64,000 nt of DNA from Phoronis australis (Eukaryota > Animalia > Phoronida): contig NMRA01000923.1 of assembly GCA_002633005.1 (NCBI GenBank), forward strand, positions 34,805 to 98,804, read 5' to 3'. Position 1 is the stretch's first letter, and every line of letters begins with the position of its first letter. Under the pieces are notes generated by a model that worked only from the letters and a program-made list of their open reading frames with translations, did not search any database and was not told where the DNA came from. A program made the translations under genes and the position numbers. This document shows positions 57,601 through 64,000 of this stretch, one piece after another.

Positions 57601-58237
57601 CAATAAAATGGAGCTGCAGCAAACCGTTCCCAGTCCATTTTCAAGTTATTAATCACTTAAATTTGATTATTCAAAACACGGAAAAATGGAATTTAATGTT
57701 TGCTTAAATGTATTTCTCCGTTTTTGAAAACAGAAAACCAGAATCTGCACCAAACCTAGAGACAACTCATTCTAGGAGTAAGTTGTCCAAGGGTAACTTG
57801 TACTCTAGAGGGAAAATGCATAACAGACTAACAAACTGAGACATGGGGTCCCTGTTTTACACGATTAATAAAAACAATCATCATGCACGTTGTTCTGAAG
57901 GGATTAGATGCCAAGACATGTCACCTAGTGGTTTATTTTAACTTAAAATGAATTACCGACACATAAACATTCTACTACAATACAATACAATTACTTTACA
58001 AGACACATTTTCAGTCCAGTCAAAAGCACCTCAAAAATTATCAGGTATGACTGGACTACTAAACTTGCCAACAAACTCAGTGATAACCTTCGGCCTTGAG
58101 GTTTTACCTGGATATCCTGATGTGACAGCTCCATCCCCACTTGAATCACCTGAACCCAAGAATGACTCATCGTCTTGAAATGTGGATGCTAATGATTTGT
58201 CTTTTACAAGTCGTGAGGTATCTTCAAACTCAAAGTC
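565..58237 (-). CDS. HSPG2: Perlecan (basement membrane heparan sulfate proteoglycan core protein), partial multi-exon gene, 28 predicted exons, domain I to start of domain III
   Basis: Domain order SGD motifs, SEA, LDLa array, Ig with WRLNWGH...DQGAYTCEA, laminin-EGF CFCFG matches perlecan. All exons are GT-AG bounded and phase-compatible (manual reconstruction). Confidence 0.96.
1262..2880. mobile_element. Non-autonomous Helentron/HINE-like element with internal tandem repeats (spans N gap 2013-2200)
   Basis: Subterminal inverted repeat cttggcggaatt (~1289) versus aattccgccaag (~2861); terminal hairpin tacttggcg-N9-cgccaagta at 2848-2874; same 5' end recurs at ~63925. Confidence 0.6.
1363..2012. 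repeat. Tandem repeat, ~305-310 bp unit, at least 2.1 copies running into the gap
   Basis: acattcatgtgactag recurs at 1374, 1684 and 1989 with near-identical intervening sequence. Confidence 0.92.
3030..3105 (-). mobile_element. Degenerate tRNA-derived SINE head
   Basis: Minus strand reads ggtcgtgggttcaagtccc, a B-box/T-arm-like motif; no full cloverleaf. Confidence 0.4.
3371..3658 (-). CDS. HSPG2: Perlecan Ig1 domain exon
   Basis: SPQVTKAP...[20 protein letters not shown]...GRGVLTIR...[11 protein letters not shown]...[15 protein letters not shown] is characteristic of perlecan Ig1. Confidence 0.97.
4041..4172 (-). CDS. HSPG2: LDLa repeat exon 13
   Basis: [43 protein letters not shown]; phase 1-1. 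Confidence 0.96.
4527..4646 (-). CDS. HSPG2: LDLa repeat exon 12 (conserved perlecan CEPNEF repeat)
   Basis: [40 protein letters not shown], like human perlecan [23 protein letters not shown]. Confidence 0.96.
5340..5468 (-). CDS. HSPG2: LDLa repeat exon 11
   Basis: [42 protein letters not shown]; phase 1-1. Confidence 0.94.
5579..5872. mobile_element. MITE-like long inverted repeat; related fragment at ~788-880
   Basis: ctcataaaatcagtctcaaaatattc pairs with gaatattttgagaccgattctatgag; tttagctggc-aaaac start shared with position 788. Confidence 0.55.
6113..6263 (-). CDS. HSPG2: Extra Ig domain, second half
   Basis: ttgcag|[50 protein letters not shown]|gtacgc. DSGxYxC motif; phase 0 to 1. 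Confidence 0.9.
6778..6893 (-). CDS. HSPG2: Extra Ig domain, first half
   Basis: tttcag|[39 protein letters not shown]|gtacag. Ig B-strand Cys and C-strand Trp; phase 1 to 0. Confidence 0.9.
7231..7350 (-). CDS. HSPG2: LDLa repeat exon 10
   Basis: [39 protein letters not shown]|gtaggt; acceptor lies in the last unit of a minisatellite. Confidence 0.92.
7345..8020. repeat. Minisatellite, ~60-65 bp degenerate unit, ~11 copies
   Basis: Recurring catgtgatactgagtgaagtg...gatggaggctgtggtggagag. Confidence 0.92.
8611..8718 (-). CDS. HSPG2: LDLa repeat exon 9
   Basis: ttttgcag|[35 protein letters not shown]|gtaagt; phase 1-1. Confidence 0.94.
9435..9551 (-). CDS. HSPG2: LDLa repeat exon 8
   Basis: [38 protein letters not shown]|gtaagt, translated by hand; phase 1-1. 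Confidence 0.93.
10448..10573 (-). CDS. HSPG2: LDLa repeat exon 7
   Basis: [42 protein letters not shown]; phase 1-1. Confidence 0.95.
10902..11018 (-). CDS. HSPG2: LDLa repeat exon 6
   Basis: [38 protein letters not shown]; phase 1-1. Confidence 0.95.
14509..14625 (-). CDS. HSPG2: LDLa repeat exon 5
   Basis: [38 protein letters not shown]; phase 1-1. Confidence 0.95.
15169..15265. mobile_element. ~100-bp palindromic MITE-like element (relatives at ~31357, 41421-41511, 53631-53740, 59800-59880)
   Basis: Ends agtcacttacagg...cctataagtgact; internal tgagaaccagttt/aaactggttctca stem; shared core cagttttctccactg. Confidence 0.7.
15650..16008. repeat. Minisatellite, 46-bp unit, ~8 copies
   Basis: aaacatcatcggtgtaaacgaggtatgagaaagtgccagaattttg repeated head to tail without spacers. 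Confidence 0.95.
16756..16902 (-). CDS. HSPG2: LDLa repeat exon 4
   Basis: [49 protein letters not shown]|gtgagt. Acceptor tctctgtag chosen because it gives phase 1; 5' boundary less certain. Confidence 0.88.
18808..18840 (-). CDS. HSPG2: 33-nt microexon candidate ([11 protein letters not shown])
   Basis: gttgtcag acceptor, CAG|gtgagt consensus donor, symmetric phase 1, open. Confidence 0.5.
19605..19733 (-). CDS. HSPG2: LDLa repeat exon 3
   Basis: [43 protein letters not shown]; phase 1-1 (alternative acceptor 6 nt downstream). Confidence 0.93.
21458..21571 (-). CDS. Integrin-beta cassette exon e (beta-tail domain, second half)
   Basis: ttttcag|[38 protein letters not shown]|gttata, compare beta3 CTYKNEDDCVVRFQY. 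Phase 1-1; an alternative in-phase donor would end the exon at 21446. Confidence 0.82.
21959..22523. mobile_element. PIF/Harbinger-type (Tourist-like) MITE
   Basis: TIRs gggctgttccagtaaaatctgt / acagattttgctggaacagccc flanked by TTA on both sides. Confidence 0.75.
22312..24052. repeat. ~870-bp near-identical direct duplication split by a single N at 23183 (probable assembly overlap)
   Basis: 22312-23182 versus 23184-24052 differ only by a few SNPs and small indels. Confidence 0.9.
24142..24274 (-). CDS. Integrin-beta cassette exon d (beta-tail domain, first half)
   Basis: ttacag|[44 protein letters not shown]|gtacag. CPTC...CVEC signature; phase 0 to 1. Confidence 0.9.
24447..24533 (-). CDS. 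Integrin-beta cassette exon c (I-EGF4)
   Basis: ttgcag|[29 protein letters not shown]|gtgagt; phase 0-0; absent from the ORF track. Confidence 0.92.
24868..24990 (-). CDS. Integrin-beta cassette exon b (I-EGF3)
   Basis: cctgcag|[41 protein letters not shown]|gtatgt. Integrin EGF CxGxGxCxCGxCxC pattern; phase 0-0. Confidence 0.92.
25052..25385. mobile_element. MITE-like dispersed repeat, copy 1
   Basis: ccacaca...cctaccctagaa...tagcgtccagacag...gtctgagtgtgga, shared with 33381-33780. Confidence 0.6.
25843..25889 (-). CDS. Integrin-beta cassette exon a (start of I-EGF3-like domain)
   Basis: tgttgtag|[16 protein letters not shown]|gtaaga; phase 1 to 0, continues in frame into exon b. Confidence 0.8.
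33381..33780. mobile_element. MITE-like dispersed repeat, copy 2
   Basis: Inverted ends cccgtccacacag / ctgtgtgtggaggg; internal blocks match copy 1. Confidence 0.6.
34811..34947. mobile_element. Short palindromic element
   Basis: ttcagtaacgctaggatct pairs with aggtcctagcattactgaa. Confidence 0.5.
35341..35597. repeat. Minisatellite, 47-bp unit, ~5.5 copies
   Basis: tcaatcaaccaatagttcatggactacaccctcaagtgagagtagtc repeated. Confidence 0.95.
35853..35999 (-). CDS. HSPG2: LDLa repeat exon 2
   Basis: [49 protein letters not shown]; phase 1-1. Confidence 0.95.
38061..38204 (-). CDS. HSPG2: LDLa repeat exon 1
   Basis: [48 protein letters not shown]; phase 1-1. Confidence 0.95.
39930..40439 (-). 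CDS. HSPG2: 510-nt exon encoding an unassigned ~170-aa globular domain inserted in perlecan
   Basis: cttgcag|[12 protein letters not shown]...YVGVWRP...GDFLGVHYP...DYEMTT|gtaaaa. Symmetric phase 1, fully open, coding-like composition. Confidence 0.85.
43404..43433 (-). CDS. HSPG2: 30-nt linker microexon ([10 protein letters not shown])
   Basis: tttcttttcacgctcag acceptor, G|gtaagt donor, symmetric phase 1, no stop. Confidence 0.65.
43900..44032. repeat. Tandem repeat, ~49-bp unit, ~3 copies
   Basis: aaccataaaatcactagcacatatcttagtaatat occurs three times. Confidence 0.9.
51282..51433 (-). CDS. HSPG2: SEA domain exon 2
   Basis: ttccag|[51 protein letters not shown]|gtatgt; phase 2 to 1. Confidence 0.93.
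51530..53232. mobile_element. Old Helentron-like element with degenerate internal subrepeats
   Basis: Recurring aattgccact...caaatttcat(g)aaaatcc...gaactt blocks fill the SEA intron; boundaries approximate. Confidence 0.4.
53261..53426 (-). CDS. HSPG2: SEA domain exon 1
   Basis: ttgcag|[55 protein letters not shown]|gtgaga. Resembles perlecan SEA (YFRALVNFT...SREFREVS...IPGDQVVSV); phase 1 to 2; not in the ORF track on this strand. Confidence 0.93.
53926..54395. repeat. Minisatellite, 37-bp unit, ~12 copies
   Basis: ctgacatgtaccaatatgtgtagctatgagtgcctga repeated, with recurrent variant units. Confidence 0.95.
58108..58237 (-). CDS. HSPG2: Perlecan domain I exon with glycosaminoglycan attachment sites
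   Basis: tttcag|[44 protein letters not shown]|gtaaaa. Acidic stretch followed by SGD motifs; phase 0 to 1. Confidence 0.88.
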
Positions 58238-60554
58238 CTGAAACCAAAATATACTTGTTGAGATTGAAACGCAGGGTGTAATACTCAGCTCATACATGTC
58301 CACCCTCACAACGCATAAACTAAGATGGGTACCTTTTAAACACAAGTCTATGAAATAGATTTTGTTTTCACATAAAAAATCTACTTATCGTTTTTTAAAT
58401 AATGAGGTAGTTCAAAATTCACAGACCACAAACACCTGCCAGCCAATGAACAGCTTTTTGTTCATGATACGTTCAGAACACAAACAATTTAGTGGCAATA
58501 TCAACTTCCATAATTTACAGCACTATCTCTGATTCTGCGGTATTTACCCACAATGTTGCGCATCCATGAGTCCATTTCATACAACCCCTGAAATAAGTGC
58601 TGTAGGCACTGATAGCATATTGAGCACTGCTTTGGTAACATAACTACTGGGTACTACCTTGGGACATCCCGTTTACCAAAATGAATATTGGTTACCAAAA
58701 ACCGAATCATGAAATAAGGCATGTTAATATGTCTTGCTTTAAAATGCTATGGTTATATACTGTGGTCAAAATGAACCCAGGTGTTATTTTTAGATAAATA
58801 TGCCACTGGCCATTTTTGACCCCACGGTGCAGCATTTAATATAATAAAGTTAAAACAAGTAATTAGCAGAAAATTGATCGCTGAAATTCTATTGCTTTGA
58901 TGTTTTAGCTGTTGTCCAAATTGTAATGCTGATACTGAGGTATAGATTAAAAACAGAAGAAACGCAATGCTGTTACTGATTTGCACAATTTTGGTATAAG
59001 CTTCCACTTCCATTAGGCCTGTTCTGAAAATTGAAAATCTGTAATTTTTTGACTGGTTCATTTACAAGAGACAATTTCTTCTACAAGATATTGCCATCCT
59101 TGTCAAGACTCTCCCATTGTCACAGACAGGACTGATTAGTGGCCAGACATAATTCTCAATTACCTTACAATCACAATGCATATACCTTAAACTGAAATAC
59201 TGAAAGATACAAGAGTCAATGATTTTGCATCCACATGATGCAAATGCATAACATCTCGGAATAATAAAAAGGAGGGAAGACTTCAACTAATGACTAGTAA
59301 CTTCCCAAATTAAAAAGGCAATAAGGGTCACTATAGGTCAGAATCAGCCTGTCCTTCTTGTAATTAAATGTTGGGGCAAAATTTTTGTGGTGAAACTCAA
59401 TGGGACTTTCACTTTTAACCTGGTAAAATAAGTTCAGTTGGGGATTAACAACACATGGCGACCAAGCCCCCCTCCAAGCAAGCTTGAGGTCTGGAGCTTG
59501 GGCAATCTCTAGATTGGTCTATCTAATTTTTTGTAAAGCATTTCATCATGTCTGACCTTGTTTTGACAAATGACTACATGATGATCAGCATATTAAACCT
59601 TCCTTTGTAGCATTGCATATCACAATCGTAAATCAAATAGCCTAAAAAACGAGGAAATTGAACAAAACGTCATTTCAATTAAAAATTTCTTGGATCCACA
59701 GGCATGACTGTGATGTATGAACATATCCGCCACCAGAACGTTATTTCAAGTATTTGTTCTATGAGCCGTTGTGTATGAACATGTGTCCAGACAGGTACCA
59801 TAGTCATAGCCTAGCAGTTTTCTCCACTGAATAACAGGCATAAAACAAGTTCCCAAAATTCAGGACCATGCAAGTGACTATTGTCCATAAAATAAAGTCT
59901 AAAGATAAGGTGTATAAAGATGTTATGGCTAATGAAAAGGAGAGTTTATCACATCATTACATGTGAGGTCGACTATCTTGGGCAACAGACAGAAACCTTA
60001 GACAAGGTAAATGCGATAGAATTAAAAAGAGCAAAGGACTATTACATATATAGATGAAAAAATCATAAGTACATCTTACACTGATGACAAGTAGTTTATT
60101 TTCTACAACAGGACTGTGTTTCCGCCTGATCATTTGAATATCCCTAACATTAAGTTTACAAATGTAAAATAAAAAAGAATGTCAACATTTAATACAATGA
60201 CGTGTTTGCTGTAAAACACACTTAAAAAACAGTGGCACTTGACGTATAAACAGAGAACATGACACTGCAGGCAAATGGAATAAACAGCAGAGACCCTGTG
60301 ATAGACTGGCCAGGATTGCATTGACAATGACATGCCTGTTGATGGTGACTTTAATAACAGATGTAACCTGAAATGTATTTGAAGCAGTCATGTGTTGTCT
60401 ATAGATCAGTACTGTAGTGAGGCTCCATCAGCTGGACATTATTTAATTCATGAACAATTTCACATGCTAGAAAATATCAGCTCCAACCTACATAGCATGT
60501 ATATGCTAAATAACATCCTCTTCTAATGCCTATGTAATACTTTGATGGAATATG

Positions 60555-60900
60555 AAAATGTAATTAAACTTGACTGCAACTTTTCCTGGAGACAAACTCT
60601 AAAAGTCTCACTCAACAGGAAAATGTCTTTTCAACCACTCAAGAGTAGACTCCCAGACGAAGTAATTGCATAATTGCAGAAAAGTTACAATAATTAAAAT
60701 TTGTCTGAGTGGTACATCCCTGATTGTTTATGAAAATTCAATTAAATTTGACAGCAACTTTTCCTGCAGACAAAATCTAAAAGTGTCACTCAACAGGAAA
60801 ATGTCTTTTCAACCACTCAAGAGTAGACTCATAGATGGAAGTAATTGCATAACCTTGTAGAAAAGTTTCAATAATTGAAATTTGTCTGAGTGGTGCATAT
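60555..60900. repeat. Tandem duplication, ~180-bp unit, 2 copies
   Basis: ctcaacaggaaaatgtcttttcaaccactcaagagtagactc at ~60611 and ~60789. Confidence 0.88.
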
Positions 60901-63900
60901 CCCCTATTGACTGATTAACATTTATAGGAAATTGATTATATCATATCCTTTAGCAGTATTACAACAAAAGCGCATTCAGGCCAAATTGTAGAAAAATTTT
61001 TACAAGCAGTGTTCTGAATCAGATTATATAACAAGACAACATAATCACCATTGACCACTGTGACTATTATAAATCTGAGGTATGATCAATGAGGCTAGTT
61101 CCTAATAGTTTGATGAGATCATACAGAATTCTTCCTAGCAGTTATCTACATACTCTGATAAGTCACAAACAACTTTGTGTGACCCATTGTCATAACAACT
61201 AATCTGAGTGTGAAAACATGTGTCCAAAATGACTATTCAAGCTAAAAGATATGGGTTGCCAATCACTGCCTCATGTTAGAAATACCAAGTGAAACCTGCG
61301 AATGGATTGCAACATATATCACCAATACGTACACTGTGGCAAATCCACAAATGTTCCCATTCAGCGACATGTACAAAAACCAGAGGGAAATTGGGGCTTT
61401 AAGCCCACACTCTGATAACTTGTTTGAACGGCTTTGCATCAACCTTGTAGATAATAATCTTGATCATTCAAATGTGCACATCGGTCCAAGAGCTGTATAC
61501 AACCTATGAGCAACATGCTACTTCAATTGCATAAATCGTATAGCTCAGTCAAATCAAAACTCTTCTCTAAACATTCCCAATTAGTCGCATACAACATTCG
61601 ATTACTAAACCGTAAACAAAAACAACAAGATACTACAGTAATGAACCTCTTGGATAACCAACATGAACGGTATGATCTCACCAATTTTGTGCAAAAATAT
61701 AGTCCTATTCAAAGTCTTCCAACAATGCCCTAAGTGCCCACAACTTTTCGAAATACTTTCTGAGGGTAGCTATGGGGCAGGACCAGTAATCTGATGCAAC
61801 TTATCTTTCAGTGAAAAAATGACAATAATTCCTTTTCGTGTCCTAAATTCCGTTTGTAATGGTCATAGCCATATTTTGAATAATTAATGGCCAAGACCAT
61901 GTCACTTCAAACAAATTGCTAATTATAGGTATAGAAATTTCCGTTTTGTTCCATATTCAAAGTTCCACAAAAAAATAAGGTTACACAGGACCCTACAAAA
62001 CGTCCAATTTAGGCCAACTTCAGAACACCGTATCTCACAAAAGGCTGATCGGATTCACATGAAACCCTCAGATACTACGCCTTATACACAGTTTTCAAAA
62101 TGCACTTAGGATTTTTTTGTTTTTTAAAATGTTACACTTTTGATTGAGGGGCTATCAAAAAATAGGGCTTATATGATTTTTATGAAAAAAATTAAATTTG
62201 CCTGAAATGTAAACGAAACAATTCAAACACATGCAGCATCCTTTTGAGGTTTCCCACTACACCCAAGTTTCAGTGACAACCGAAGCTTCGCTTCTAATTT
62301 CTTCTATTTTTAGGAAAGTTTCACAAGAGTTAACCTTTCCCACATACCGGAATTTTTCTGAAAGTGAAGCTTTGCATCTATTGGGAAATCACTGTTAGTT
62401 CTAAAGAATTCAGTATATGTAACTGGGTACACACCCAGTCAGCAGCCCAGTGGGCATCACTTAACTCCTGCAGAGAGACCAAGGAGAATTTTCCCAATGT
62501 GATCGAACCAAAAGGTCCAAAAAACCTTCTGAATCTAGACAGACTGGGTGGTAGAGTCTTGCCAAGCTTTTTATAGGCTAAGGAGCAACCTACTGGATGG
62601 CACTGTTACATGCCTACAACATATAGTGCATGGCAACGAATGGAAACGTTTGTCCGTTTTCCTAAAGGAGACTTGCAGACTTGAAAACTTCCTTCACGAA
62701 GAGCCATAAATAATTGGGCTCTCGTGCTTTGCTGAGGTGTTTTGTGCAATGGGCCCGACCATGAGGCCTGCGCACGTCTGATAACATCAAATGACATCAG
62801 GCCACCTACACTTTTTTTTAAAGAATTCAGCCCAGGAGATATGATACCTGACAAGATAATTAATCACAACTTAGAATGGGGTAACATTAGCAACAACTAT
62901 AATTTTCGCAACAGACATAGGCAACCATGTTTAATGCTATTTAACATTTTAAAAACCTTTGCCCCAGTTAAAAATTAACACCAGACGGAGTTTAATTTAA
63001 AAAACAGGTGTAAAAGTGTGCAGTGAAACTCAGTGAAAGAGTTCACAAGATGCCTTTTTCACATGTCAGTTACTATTCCAAACAAGTTTCAGACAACATG
63101 TAAGTGTTGTACAAATATTTTACACATCAAGCCAAGACGTGTTTGTCTAACAGGAAAAGGACAACAGCAAATTTCAACTTATTATAGGAAATGAGACTCC
63201 TGAAATGTCTCGCCAAACACCTGTGGTGCAGACAGGTAACACAATCTGCAGGTAGTGTAGGCCTGATATATAAATCTGTGTGTACATGTACTTATTGATA
63301 AGGTAGGTATGATGGCAAGCCAGGTCATCACCTCTGTTTGTACACCCACTGTATTGACATGAGCGACCTGTGGACTCACAGAGGGGCTATCAGCATGAGC
63401 AAACCCAGACACTACGCGAGAACTACATCACACTGATACATTAGTAGAACCCTCAAAAGCATAAGGGACCATGTAGGATTGCAGCCAAATTTTCACAATC
63501 AGACTGCATTACACCAGGGAAAGAACTTTCAATTTCACTAACAAAGTTTTTGCTCTAACTTCTGAAACTACAAGCAATACCAAAAAAGCAATAGTTTACA
63601 GATTTAAAACAAATTCCTCCCTCCCCCCAGGTCATTTTGCTCTTTGCCATAACCTATACTGATCCCTGCATACAAAAAGAGCTCAAAATAACGCTTACTA
63701 GATTATCTTATTAGTCCTGTTCAACAATTGTTCATGGAAGACACACTTTCTTTGACTCTCCAGGAGGTCACTGATGATCAAGCAGACTAGCATGTGTAGG
63801 TTATTTCCAAGGTGAAGTTAAGGTGTCCTTCAAATGTGTTGTCCACACTTAATAATTTAGAAAATAAAAGCATGCAAGGCATCACTCCACATGAGTACCT

Positions 63901-63922
63901 GTGCATAAGTGGTTCAACAAAG

Positions 63923-64000
63923 AAATGAAAGCGCTCCGAGGAGCGAACCTTGGCGAAATTAACCAAAAAGATGACGATAAAGATGATGACGAAGATGACG
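63923..64000. mobile_element. 5' end of a second, diverged copy of the element at 1262 (truncated by window edge)
   Basis: agcgctccgaggagcgaaccttggcgaaattaa versus agcgctcggaagagcgacacttggcggaattaa. Confidence 0.65.

Noticed and set aside
63182-63420. Candidate signal-peptide first exon near a gtgagt donor
   Set aside because: Hydrophobic frame has an upstream stop and the wrong phase; exon 1 probably lies beyond the window.

Overview
Eukaryotic (metazoan invertebrate, AT-rich draft assembly) genomic DNA, not prokaryotic. Almost the whole window is the 5' part of one intron-rich minus-strand gene, perlecan (HSPG2/trol/unc-52 orthologue). By hand I reconstructed 28 GT-AG exons between 58237 and 565 that join in frame (3858 nt, 1286 codons, no junction stops). 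In order they encode: an SGD heparan-sulfate attachment exon, a SEA domain, a greatly expanded domain II (13 LDLa repeats plus an extra Ig), the diagnostic perlecan Ig1 (WRLNWGH) and the first laminin-EGF of domain III. The signal-peptide exon and the 3' remainder were not found in the window. Two unexpected in-frame insertions sit in domain II. The first is a five-exon, phase-1-in/phase-1-out integrin beta lower-leg cassette (I-EGF3, I-EGF4, beta-tail) with no TM or cytoplasmic exon. The second is a single 510-nt exon encoding a 170-aa domain I cannot assign. Introns hold microexon candidates, minisatellites, MITEs, Helentron-like elements and one probable assembly duplication. All exon boundaries are manual predictions without transcript support.
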